64,000 nucleotides of DNA, taken from assembly GCA_963777955.1 (NCBI GenBank), contig CAVZSQ010000022.1, positions 576,001 through 640,000 of the forward strand, in the 5' to 3' direction. Of this stretch, positions 9,689-19,378 are shown one piece after another; positions within the stretch are counted from its first letter, which is position 1; the number at the start of each line of letters is the position of its first letter. The DNA is from Calditrichia bacterium (GTDB lineage: Bacteria > Calditrichota > Calditrichia > JAJRVZ01). The notes beneath the pieces are model-generated. The model saw only the letters and a program-made list of their open reading frames with translations, was not told the origin of the DNA and did not search any database. A program made the translations under genes and the position numbers.

Positions 9689-10336
9689 ATGAGAAATCTG
9701 CAAGAATTATTTGATGCATACTTACGAACGGAACCGACCGCTGAAAAAATAAAATCGGCAACCTCAATGTTGATCCACATCGGCAAAGCCCTAAATGTAC
9801 CGACCCAGGAAGAGATCGATCGGGAATACTATGCCGATATCACCCGCTCCCTTGATGACTATTTTTCCAAGACACCTGCCAAGGCACGGCTGGACAAGGC
9901 TATCCTGGCGGAAATGATCAGCCGGGTGGGATTAAAACCTTCACTAAAACCGATTCTCGCAGAACTGCTCAGCGACCAGGATGAAAATGTTCGCCAGTTT
10001 ACGTTGCAGAGCCTCGAATATCATGGATGCAAAAATCCCAGGGCCATTTTACCCGTGATCGATAAATACCGTAAATCGGATGATGATGTGATGGTATCGT
10101 CTACTGCTTATCTGACTGCAAAACTGGTCTGCTCAGATTTTTCCCAACTGATGCTGGACCGGCTGGCTCGCTGGTATAAACAGGGATCACAAGTTTTTGT
10201 CACTGATGTCCTGAAACGGACAATTTATCTGCTCAACAAGGGCAATTGCGGAAACGGCAGTCTGGATCTGACTAAATTAAAAGACTGGACCCGGAAAAAT
10301 TGTCCGGAGGCAGTTAAAGTTTTTTCGCATCATTAA
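9689..10336 (+). CDS. HEAT-repeat-like hypothetical protein
   Basis: All-helical; LLSDQDENVRQ is HEAT-like. Confidence 0.55.
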   Translation: MRNLQELFDAYLRTEPTAEKIKSATSMLIHIGKALNVPTQEEIDREYYADITRSLDDYFSKTPAKARLDKAILAEMISRVGLKPSLKPILAELLSDQDENVRQFTLQSLEYHGCKNPRAILPVIDKYRKSDDDVMVSSTAYLTAKLVCSDFSQLMLDRLARWYKQGSQVFVTDVLKRTIYLLNKGNCGNGSLDLTKLKDWTRKNCPEAVKVFSHH

Positions 10337-10436
10337 TCTGGCGGCAGTGATCCGGTTTATCAGGGTTAATTAATCCTGAGTAAAAAAGGTTGTTATTATT
10401 TCTATTAACCGTTCACATTTAACTCAAGATGGCCTC

Positions 10437-11441
10437 ATGTTAAAATTTAAAATCTTCAGAATATTTTTGCTGGCCAGTCTGGGTTTACTGCTGAGCTGTG
10501 CTCCATATTCTTTGCCTGAACCAAAAGTATACTCGAACAAGGATGCCGCCCTGACTGTTTACATGCAAAGCCAGGATCTTTATCAGGCCAATGAATATGC
10601 GCAGGCATTACAACTGATCGATTCGGCACTGGCCATCAATCAGAATGTTGCTCAATTTTATCAGTTGAAAGGCGATATTCTGAGAAAATTAGCACGGTAT
10701 GATTCCGCTTTAGTGTCCTATCTGGCCGCTATCAGTCAACGATCCAACTATACGGAAGTATATATCAATATAGCGGAAATTTATCATCAGCAAAATCACT
10801 TTCATGAATCCGTCCGTTATTATCGTAAGGCACTGGCAGTCGATACAACTCTAACTCCGCTTTACCTGGAAATTGTCAATAACTATATTTCGCTGCAGGA
10901 ATGGGAAGTCGGATTAAATATGCTGGATGATTATGGCAGACTTGTACAGACACGAGGCCAGCCGTTCAATCAGGACTATTATTATTTAAAAGGTAAAATT
11001 CTGTTCAATCAAAAAAATTATCCCCAGGCTATCCGGGAACTATTGCAGTACAGGCCGGAAACGGCATCCAGCCAGGCGGTGCTGGCTCTGTTGGGCCGGA
11101 GTTATTATAATCTGGCAAATTATGAGAGCGGCATTCCCTATTTTAATAAACTGGTACGGATGAATGCGAAAAAAGGAGAATGGTACTATTACCGGGGGAT
11201 CTATTTTTTCCAGAAAAATAATCTGGCGGATGCGGAAAATCAATTTGAGGTTGCTTTAAGTTCCGACAGTACCCTGTACAATTGTCATTATTATCTGGGC
11301 AAAATATATGAATTACAGGGTGAGGTCCGCAGGGCTTTGGAAGAATTTCGTTTATACCGGGAGAGTATGCACTCGATGCAGAGCCTGGGTAGCCAGGGGG
11401 ATGAACTCCGGGAGCTTAAAAGTTATACCGAGGATCAATAA
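10437..11441 (+). CDS. Tetratricopeptide-repeat lipoprotein
   Basis: Lipobox LLSC; multiple TPR motifs (YYLKGKI, ALLGRSYY, YYLGKIY). Confidence 0.85.
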   Translation: MLKFKIFRIFLLASLGLLLSCAPYSLPEPKVYSNKDAALTVYMQSQDLYQANEYAQALQLIDSALAINQNVAQFYQLKGDILRKLARYDSALVSYLAAISQRSNYTEVYINIAEIYHQQNHFHESVRYYRKALAVDTTLTPLYLEIVNNYISLQEWEVGLNMLDDYGRLVQTRGQPFNQDYYYLKGKILFNQKNYPQAIRELLQYRPETASSQAVLALLGRSYYNLANYESGIPYFNKLVRMNAKKGEWYYYRGIYFFQKNNLADAENQFEVALSSDSTLYNCHYYLGKIYELQGEVRRALEEFRLYRESMHSMQSLGSQGDELRELKSYTEDQ

Positions 11442-11465
11442 GGATTCCGGGTAAGGCTGGAATAT

Positions 11466-11846
11466 ATGTTCCATGAAATCGATCCGGAGTTAATAAAACA
11501 ATCGAGTCCTCATTCAATAAAACGATGGTTTCGGGATGCGGAAGCGGAATGCGATTTATTTCTGTGGCAGGATGGAAAAAATAAGTTACAGCGTTTCCAA
11601 TTCAGGTATCAGGATGCCTTGATCGAATGGGATCAGCTGAAAGGAATACGCACCGGTCATATTGATGCCCTCAGCGGCTCCTTTATTCATTATCAAAGTA
11701 AATTATTCCGTTTGCATCAAAACCTGGATCTGGAAATTATTCAGGGTGTCAGACAATTGCTGGATAATAAAGAAGATGATTTACAGGACGGGATGCGTCA
11801 AATACATAAAATCCTTTATGAAATTGCTGCCCGATCCCATAAATGA
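11466..11846 (+). CDS. Hypothetical protein
   Basis: Fills the gap in a co-directional gene run; RWF...DLFLW motif; no family recognised. Confidence 0.6.
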   Translation: MFHEIDPELIKQSSPHSIKRWFRDAEAECDLFLWQDGKNKLQRFQFRYQDALIEWDQLKGIRTGHIDALSGSFIHYQSKLFRLHQNLDLEIIQGVRQLLDNKEDDLQDGMRQIHKILYEIAARSHK

Positions 11847-11868
11847 TCGCTACTTTTAGAGATAGGTT

Positions 11869-12681
11869 ATGCCGGAACTGCCTGAAGTTGAAGTGATCGT
11901 ACGCGAATTGCGTCAAAAAGTACTGAACGAAGAAATCGTGAATATCAAAGTCCACTGGCCAAAAAGTCTGGTAACGGATGGCCGGGCGCGGCGATCAGCC
12001 TGCGGTACAATCAAGGCGGTCAGGCGCTACGGAAAGTTTATTATATTTCAACTGGATCATCTCTATCTGCTGGTGCATCTGCGCATGACCGGCCGGTTGA
12101 TTGTCAGTAGTGCAGAGAGATTTGATAAAGCGCAATTGCGGGTTCATTTTAAATTCAGATCCGGCAAATCACTCTTGTTTTATGACACCCGTAAATTCGG
12201 CCGGGTATATCTGACGGCAGATGCAAATAAGTTTTTAGGGTCCCTGGGTGTTGATGCCCTCGATGCAAAGTTCGCGTTAAAGAATTTCAAAGTATTACTG
12301 AGCAATAAAACAGGTATAATAAAACCGTTCCTGCTGGATCAGCGTCAATTGGCCGGGTTGGGTAATATCTATGCTGACGAAAGTTTATTCCGGTCCGGTA
12401 TTCATCCGCAGCGGCGGATCAGCAGTCTGTCCGAAAAAGAACTGGGAAGATTATACCGGGCCATCCGCAGAATTCTGCCGGAAGCCATAAAGCATATGGG
12501 CACGACCCTGGCAGACTATAGAACAACTGACGGTGAGTCCGGCCGGAATCAAAAATATTTAAAGGTATACGGACGGGAACAGAATCCCTGTATCCGCTGT
12601 AAAAATCCTGTCGAGAAAAAATGGATCGGCGGCAGGGGTACACATTATTGTCCGGTCTGTCAGCCACTGAAAACAGCATGA
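11869..12681 (+). CDS. mutM: Formamidopyrimidine-DNA glycosylase
   Basis: N-terminal PELPEVE, HLRMTG, GLGNIYADE, C-terminal CxxC...CxxCQ zinc finger. Confidence 0.97.
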   Translation: MPELPEVEVIVRELRQKVLNEEIVNIKVHWPKSLVTDGRARRSACGTIKAVRRYGKFIIFQLDHLYLLVHLRMTGRLIVSSAERFDKAQLRVHFKFRSGKSLLFYDTRKFGRVYLTADANKFLGSLGVDALDAKFALKNFKVLLSNKTGIIKPFLLDQRQLAGLGNIYADESLFRSGIHPQRRISSLSEKELGRLYRAIRRILPEAIKHMGTTLADYRTTDGESGRNQKYLKVYGREQNPCIRCKNPVEKKWIGGRGTHYCPVCQPLKTA

Positions 12682-13493
12682 GCATGAATCTGATAACATT
12701 TCTCAGCGATTTTGGACAGCAGGACGGCTATGCCGGCTGTGTAAAAGGGATTATGTTATCAATTAATCCTAAAGCACAGGTTGTGGACATATCCCATGCT
12801 GTTCAACCTTTCCAGATTGAACAGGGGGCGTATATCCTGGCCAGTTATTATAATGAATTTCCCCGCAAGACTGTGCACCTGGCGGTGGTGGATCCGGGTG
12901 TAGGGGGTAGCCGCATTCCCCTGATCCTGAAAACATCGCGATATTTTTTTGTAGGACCTGACAACGGCATTTTTACTTATATCATGCACAAAGAAGCATA
13001 TCAGGCTTACCGGATCGATCCGCTGCGACTAAGACAACAGCGGTTAGGTTTGCAGAGTAGTTCGACTTTTCAGGCCCGGGATATTTTTGGGCCGGCAGCT
13101 GCTTTATTATCCAAGGGGCAAAATGATTTGCTGTCCCGGCTCACCGATCCGCTTGAGCATGTCCCGCAATTGCTGGCTGATCCGCTCCGCCGCGATCAAC
13201 AGACTTTCCGCGCCAGGGTGATACTTATTGATCATTTCGGAAATATTATCATTGCCTGTACCCAGAATCAATTAGCTGCCAACAAGACCGGAAAGATTCA
13301 TTCGATTAAAATAAAAGACAGGATTTTATCTTCTGTTCACCACACCTACGGCGATGTCACATCAGGATCTCTGCTGGCCCTGTGGAACAGCGCCGGTTTT
13401 CTGGAAATTGCGGTAAATCAGGGTAATGCGGCGGAAGTGTTAGGCGGCGGCGCCGGCGCCGGATTGGATTATGTCGATATTGTACTGGAATAA
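12678..13493 (+). CDS. SAM hydroxide adenosyltransferase / halogenase family protein (DUF62)
   Basis: LSDFG, VVDPGVG..R, GPDNG, STFQARDIF, DHFGNI, LEIAVNQGNAA; ATGA overlap with the mutM stop. Confidence 0.93.
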   Translation: MSMNLITFLSDFGQQDGYAGCVKGIMLSINPKAQVVDISHAVQPFQIEQGAYILASYYNEFPRKTVHLAVVDPGVGGSRIPLILKTSRYFFVGPDNGIFTYIMHKEAYQAYRIDPLRLRQQRLGLQSSSTFQARDIFGPAAALLSKGQNDLLSRLTDPLEHVPQLLADPLRRDQQTFRARVILIDHFGNIIIACTQNQLAANKTGKIHSIKIKDRILSSVHHTYGDVTSGSLLALWNSAGFLEIAVNQGNAAEVLGGGAGAGLDYVDIVLE

Positions 13494-13510
13494 AACACGC
13501 AGGTCAGCTT

Positions 13511-14440
13511 ATGTTTAAATCAATCCGTAATAATTTTAAATCGATCCTTCTGGCAATCGTACTGGCCTCTGCGATCTGGCTGCTGGTCAAGACCGAGGAT
13601 CTTTATCTTTATACATTTAAGGTACCTGTCCGGGTCACCCGGCTGGCCAAAGGTAAGACACTGGCCAGTCCTATTCCCCAAAAAGCGACGATTGAAGTGG
13701 AGGCCAAGGGCAGAGCCTTGCTGGCATTCTATTTTTATGATGCCGGTTTTAACCTGGAATTTCCGGAAGTGAAATCCGAACGCAGGATTGAACTTGATAA
13801 ATACCTGCAGTTTTTGGATGTCCCCAAAACATTTCACATCGAAGTCAGGGAAATTATTGAACCGAAATTTTTTGATCTGAAGGTGGAAGATCTGGTGCAT
13901 ACTGCCAAGAAGATCCATTTTGCCGGATCGATAACACCTGCTGATGGCTATGTGCTGATTGCACATCATTTCCAGCCGGATTCGGTCATCCTGGATGGAC
14001 CTAAATCCCTGATCAGGGCACTGGAATATATTCAAACCGAATCCCTGTATGTAGCCGGGCAGAAGAATAATTTCCAGCATACACTCCGGCTTAAAGAACC
14101 GGCACTCGGCCTGATCACCATGGTGCCCAAACAAGTCGAAGCAGCTTTTGATATTCAACGGCTGGTGGAACGCATTGTTTATGATATACCGGTAAAAGTC
14201 ATCGACGTTCCGGCGAATCTGGCGGTAGAAACCATCCCGCCTTTCCTGGCCTTGCGGATTAAAGGCGGTGAAAAGATTGTTGCGAATGTGCAGGCAGCGG
14301 ACATTCGGGTAGAGATTAATTTTGCCCGCAGTTTCCGGCCTGATAAAGATGAATACAGCGCGTTAATCACTACACCGGCGTCGATCAGCTGGACCGAATC
14401 GATCCCCGGAACATTCAAACTGAAAATCAAGAGGAAGTAA
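13511..14440 (+). CDS. YbbR/CdaR-like domain membrane protein
   Basis: N-terminal TM ([13 protein letters not shown]); repeated P..V...G P/G beta-domains typical of YbbR. Confidence 0.75.
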   Translation: MFKSIRNNFKSILLAIVLASAIWLLVKTEDLYLYTFKVPVRVTRLAKGKTLASPIPQKATIEVEAKGRALLAFYFYDAGFNLEFPEVKSERRIELDKYLQFLDVPKTFHIEVREIIEPKFFDLKVEDLVHTAKKIHFAGSITPADGYVLIAHHFQPDSVILDGPKSLIRALEYIQTESLYVAGQKNNFQHTLRLKEPALGLITMVPKQVEAAFDIQRLVERIVYDIPVKVIDVPANLAVETIPPFLALRIKGGEKIVANVQAADIRVEINFARSFRPDKDEYSALITTPASISWTESIPGTFKLKIKRK

Positions 14441-14442
14441 TA

Positions 14443-15457
14443 TTGCATTTCCAGATCCTGGGCATCGAGACTTCCTGTGATGAAACTTCAGCCGCTGTGA
14501 TCTCCGCCGATGCCGTTTTGGCCAATATCGTTTCTTCCCAGGCAGTGCACGCACAATTCGGCGGGGTAGTGCCGGAACTCGCTTCACGGGCTCATATCCG
14601 CTTGATCGTGCCGATCGTAGAACAGGCCTTACGGGAAGCTGAACATATCAAAAACCGAATTAAGCGGAATTGCCGTGACCGCAGGCCCGGGCCTGGTGGG
14701 TGCCTTGCTGGTGGGATTAAATTTTGCCAAAGGGATGGCCCAGGCGCTTAAGATTCCAATGGTTGGAATCAATCATATCGAAGGACATATTTATGGAAAT
14801 TTCCTGGCCAATCCGGAAATACCCTTTCCACATTTAAGCCTGGTAGTTTCGGGCGGTCACACGCAACTGGTGCTGATGAGGAATCATCTGCACTACCAGG
14901 TTATCGGCCGGACCCGCGATGACGCTGCCGGTGAAGCTTTCGATAAAGGTGCTAAACTGTTAGGGCTGGGTTACCCGGGAGGTCCGCTGATCGATCAGAA
15001 AGCCGCTGAAGGTAATGCGGAATTTTTCCGCTTTCCCCGAGCTTACCTGAGGGGCATAAATTTTGATTTTAGTTACAGCGGTTTGAAAACGGCCCTGCTG
15101 ATCTATTTACGGTCAAAAGATAAGCAATATATTGCGGAGCAAATGAATCATATCTGTGCCAGTTACCAGCAGGCCGCTGTGGAAGTGCTGGTGCGCAAGA
15201 CGCTTATGGCGGCAAAAAAACATAAAGTAAAATCGGTTGGCGTGGTGGGCGGAGTAGCTGCCAATTCCCTGTTACGAAAGTGGCTGCAATCAGAAATCAT
15301 AAACAGCGGTGCTCAGTTTTATCTGCCGCCGCTGAATTTCTGCACCGATAATGCCGCCATGATAGCCCGGGCCGGTCTGGAAAGAATCAGGCGCGGATTA
15401 GATTCGGCACTGGATATCAATGCCTACCCCTCCTGGCAACTGGATGATAAAAAATAG
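14443..15457 (+). CDS. tsaD: tRNA N6-adenosine threonylcarbamoyltransferase TsaD (apparent frameshift ~14644)
   Basis: [57 protein letters not shown] across two ORFs. Confidence 0.95.
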
Positions 15458-15469
15458 ACGTGTCCGGAT

Positions 15470-17632
15470 ATGTTTGATACAATTCCATCCTTTTTACGCA
15501 CCAATATTTCTCCGTTCATTATCTTAGGCGTATTTCTGGTCGCTGCTATTTTCTCTTATTTACTTTACCGCCGCACCATACCGCCGCTGGCGAACAGTTG
15601 GCGGATAACCCTGTCCATTATTCGCGGCCTGGCTGTGGCCCTGATCCTGTTGCTGCTTTTTACGCCGCAGTTGACCCTGGTCTGGCAGCAGCGGGTCACC
15701 GATAAAATTGCCCTGGTCATCGATCGCTCCGCATCAATGGGTCTGCTGGAAAAGGGGGCCAGCCGGTTAAGCCGGGAGGGAAAAATTGGCGCAGATTTAC
15801 TGGCGGCGGTTCACGGGCCTGTTGAAGTTTCACTTTATGCTTTTAATACCGATACAGTGAGTCTGAAGAGTCCGCAGATCGATTCGGCACAGTTTGCCAC
15901 GGACATCGATGCCGCTCTAACGCATATAATTGCTAAAGAAAAAGATCTGACTGCGCTGATTCTGCTCAGTGATGGTAATTTCACCAGCGGTCGTAATCCG
16001 CTTTATTCCGATGCTTTATTGCGCTGCAGGATACATACCGTGGGTCTAGGCGATACGGTTGATATTCCCGATCTGCTGATAGCCGATGTGCAGGCAAATA
16101 AAATTGTATATCAAAATAAAATTACCCCGGTACAGGTAAATCTGATCGCACGCGGATTCACTGGTAAAGAAACGTTACTGCAGATCAAAGCAGAGGGTAA
16201 AGTTTTAGCAGCTCAGCAGGTGAAGATCAGCACTGCAGGGGGCATTATTCCGGTTTCTCTGAACATTAAACCGGAACAGGCAGGTCTGCGTCACTTTGAA
16301 ATCAGTGTCGATAAGCTGCCCGGTGAAGTTTTACTGGCTAATAACAGGCACCTGCTGGTCGTAGAGGTACTGAAATCAAAAATCAAAGCAACAATGCTGG
16401 CGTCACAACCGGATTTTGACGTCAAGTTTTTGCATCTGTTACTGGCAGCCAATCCTGATCTGGATGTAGAACTGGCAGTCCTGGATCAGGGAATCAAAAG
16501 TCCGGCCGAAGGGTTGCTGAATCGTGTTTTGGATAGTCTGGATGTACTGATTTTGCATGATTTTCCGGCATTGAGTACCAGCCGGGAAAATCTGGGTATT
16601 ATGGAAGAGTTATTAACCAGGCAGAAAGTGCCCTCGTTATTGCTATTCGGGGTTAATTCGTCGACAGTTGACTGGGATTTTATTAACCGGTTTTATTCAC
16701 TGCCGGCGCCAAAGTTTCTCAATCCGGTCTTAAAGACGCAGGTGCTGCTCACGGATTTCGGCAAAACTCTGCCGCTGTTAAATATTTTCAGCTCCGACCA
16801 GGAGAACCTGGATTTCTGGCAGAAATGTCCGCCCATTGAATATCCTTTTGAAAAAGTGGAGGCAGGTAATTCGCAGCGGATTGCTCTGGAGACAGCGGCC
16901 CAGGCCGGTAAAGAAAATATCCGGGTACCGGTACTGATAATTGAACAGAATGCCGGACGCAGGAATGCTTATTTACTTGGTTCCGGTTTCTGGCGCTGGC
17001 ATTTCATGCTGGCCGAAGACCGGGTGTTCCGGGACGGGTGGCAGAGTATTATTAAAAATATGATACGCTGGCTGAGCAGCAGCGGGGGCAGCAACAATGT
17101 ATTACTGAGCACCAATAAAAGAAGTTATCAGGTCGGTGAAACGGTACGGATCAGTACGGAGGTATATGACGGTGATTATAAGCCTGTCGATGACGGGATG
17201 GTTCAACTTAAGGTTTCGGGTCCCGCCGGTGTTTTTGAACTGGATGGAGGATTAATTACAGCGGGAACTTATGCATCCGATTTTCAACTATTGAGCGAAG
17301 GGGATTATACCATAGAGGCGCAGGCGTTCCGGCAGGGCAATGATGTGCCTCTTGGACAGACTTCGACCCGAATTGTGTGTACACCGGTCAATATCGAGTT
17401 TCTGTATACCCGTCAGGATGAACAGTTACTGCGCAAACTGGCTGACAAGAGCGGCGGCCGGTATGTCAGCGAAGATAATTACCGTGATTTATTCAGCGAA
17501 CTGAATTTTCCGGTACGCTACCAGGAAGTGACCAGGACTTTTGAGATCTGGCAGAAAGCGGCTTTGTTATTATTGATTATTTTTTTGTTGAGTATGGAGT
17601 GGTTTGTACGGAAGCGGTTGGGGTTGGCTTGA
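15470..17632 (+). CDS. vWA-domain membrane protein with C-terminal anchor
   Basis: Two N-terminal TMs; MIDAS DRSASM...LSDG; GFWRW; C-terminal EWFVRKRLGL. Confidence 0.85.
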   Translation: MFDTIPSFLRTNISPFIILGVFLVAAIFSYLLYRRTIPPLANSWRITLSIIRGLAVALILLLLFTPQLTLVWQQRVTDKIALVIDRSASMGLLEKGASRLSREGKIGADLLAAVHGPVEVSLYAFNTDTVSLKSPQIDSAQFATDIDAALTHIIAKEKDLTALILLSDGNFTSGRNPLYSDALLRCRIHTVGLGDTVDIPDLLIADVQANKIVYQNKITPVQVNLIARGFTGKETLLQIKAEGKVLAAQQVKISTAGGIIPVSLNIKPEQAGLRHFEISVDKLPGEVLLANNRHLLVVEVLKSKIKATMLASQPDFDVKFLHLLLAANPDLDVELAVLDQGIKSPAEGLLNRVLDSLDVLILHDFPALSTSRENLGIMEELLTRQKVPSLLLFGVNSSTVDWDFINRFYSLPAPKFLNPVLKTQVLLTDFGKTLPLLNIFSSDQENLDFWQKCPPIEYPFEKVEAGNSQRIALETAAQAGKENIRVPVLIIEQNAGRRNAYLLGSGFWRWHFMLAEDRVFRDGWQSIIKNMIRWLSSSGGSNNVLLSTNKRSYQVGETVRISTEVYDGDYKPVDDGMVQLKVSGPAGVFELDGGLITAGTYASDFQLLSEGDYTIEAQAFRQGNDVPLGQTSTRIVCTPVNIEFLYTRQDEQLLRKLADKSGGRYVSEDNYRDLFSELNFPVRYQEVTRTFEIWQKAALLLLIIFLLSMEWFVRKRLGLA

Positions 17633-17635
17633 ACA

Positions 17636-17920
17636 AGGCACAAAGGCACACAGGCACAGAGTAGGGGCGCATTGAATATGCGCCCTTATACAAAATAAGA
17701 TTGTCATCCCAGGAATGTCGGAGACCTGGTGCAGACAGGTCGAAGATCTGCCGACAGGCAGGGTGGTAAGGGGGCTGTTTTAAAGGCCAAAGGGAAAAGG
17801 ATAAAGGGAAAAGGTTTGTAGGCAGCGCTTCGCAGCGCCGAAAAGATGGTAGTCGCGACCTTCAGGTTGCGCTTGATATTTAATATTTGAATGCTGGTAG
17901 CCGCAACTCTTGAGTTGCGG
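17636..17920 (+). repeat. Mosaic array of REP-like repeats downstream of the vWA gene
   Basis: GGCAC 8-mers, GTAGGGGCGCAT REP (17661-17685), GTCGGAG module (17717-17761), AAAGG heptamers, GCGCTTC..GCGCCGA (17818-17841), GGTAG palindromes (17848-17871, 17896-17920). Confidence 0.85.
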
Positions 17921-18125
17921 AATGATTCCCATAAAGGTTTTAATTGAATTTGCCTTCCATTTTATTATATTTATATAGTTAGAAATAGTTAGGCTATCAT
18001 AGATATTGTGGATTCTAAGAATTCTCTTACAGATTCTTATATTTATTAAATATTGTAATTAAATTGCGGTTAATGGAATACATGTTAATACTGATATTCT
18101 TATCAATAATGAAGGAAGGTGCTGT

Positions 18126-19244
18126 ATGAAAAGGAATATTGTCCTCTTACTTTCCTGTATTTTATTGTTTATCTCAAATTGTAAAGAAAATCCACAAGCG
18201 ACAGATGAAACCTATTCCGTAAGCGGTTCCGTTGAATATGCCGGTTTTTACAAAGAAAATGTCAGTGTGGTGATCGATAACAAGATTAATTGGACCACTA
18301 CTACCGACAATAGCGGATACTTTAATATTCAAAATGTATCAGCCGGAAATCATACGCTCGTCATTTCAAAGGAAAACGAAGATGGAAGTTTCGGTGAAAG
18401 ATCAAATGCAATTGCAGTATACGATGACATTGTAGTAGATAACCTGAAATTACCTAATCCGGTATTCATGTATGATCCGGCGGAAGTTACGGCTAATTCT
18501 GTGTCATTAAAATGGTCACCTTCTATAGCCGCAGATTTTCGCGAGTATAAAATATATCGCCATAACACGTCGGGCCTGGATGAAACTACCGGTACGCTCG
18601 CCCATGTGTCTACCGATATCGATGATACATTATTTGTCGATACAAATTTAAATCCCCTGCAGACCTATTTTTACCGTGTATATGTTATGAACGAGTACGG
18701 CCGGCTGGGCGGCAGTAATATTATGCAGGCCACCACCGGGAATTTTAATGCCATTGCTAACGGCAGTTTTGAAATTCCGGATACTTATACTCAATTCCCG
18801 GCAGAATGGGCCATCGGTTCTGTATTAGCGAGTACCTGCATTGAATATGACTCGACAGTATCTTTCGAAGGCAAATATTCATTGCATTTTTATGCCCTGG
18901 CGGAAGAATATGCCTTTTCCATGGTAGAACAAATAATCGATACGGATAAATTGATTGCCGGCGCGCGCTATGAAGTATCATACTGGGCAAAACATGATTC
19001 GTTATACTCGTATCACGGAAGTTTCACAGAACTTTACCCGGTAGCATATCATATGTGCGAATTTACCGGACCGAGGGACAGTTCCGATTGGGTGCGACAT
19101 TCAGAAACGCTGACCATCCCCGCTGATGCCAATCCCACACATTATTCTTTTCAGCTCTCTGCATTCCAGATTTACAACGTTACCGTGCCGGTTTATCCTT
19201 TAAATTTCTGGGTTGACAATGTTGAATTAAGTAGAATTGAGTAA
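18126..19244 (+). CDS. Lipoprotein with carboxypeptidase-regulatory-like, FN3 and CBM-like domains
   Basis: Lipobox ISNC; TTTDNSGYFNIQNVSAG; VSLKWS..YKIYR..YFYRVY; NGSFE...FWVDNV. Confidence 0.75.
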   Translation: MKRNIVLLLSCILLFISNCKENPQATDETYSVSGSVEYAGFYKENVSVVIDNKINWTTTTDNSGYFNIQNVSAGNHTLVISKENEDGSFGERSNAIAVYDDIVVDNLKLPNPVFMYDPAEVTANSVSLKWSPSIAADFREYKIYRHNTSGLDETTGTLAHVSTDIDDTLFVDTNLNPLQTYFYRVYVMNEYGRLGGSNIMQATTGNFNAIANGSFEIPDTYTQFPAEWAIGSVLASTCIEYDSTVSFEGKYSLHFYALAEEYAFSMVEQIIDTDKLIAGARYEVSYWAKHDSLYSYHGSFTELYPVAYHMCEFTGPRDSSDWVRHSETLTIPADANPTHYSFQLSAFQIYNVTVPVYPLNFWVDNVELSRIE

Positions 19245-19378
19245 CTCGTAGGTGTTTTAATTAAATCAATATATAGACTATGAATATTAATTATCAAGCA
19301 CTCCTTGGTGCCCGTAAAGAGATATTTATACAAGTATTACCGGATGCAGTCTGGAAATAGTATAAGGTAAGATACTGT

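Noticed and set aside
12678..13493. Fluorinase or chlorinase call
   Set aside because: Lacks the TFY(S/G)R signature and sits in a housekeeping context; family-level call only.
13520..14158. Long antisense ORFs over housekeeping genes (also 43806-44327)
   Set aside because: Fully overlap well-supported genes and show no motifs.
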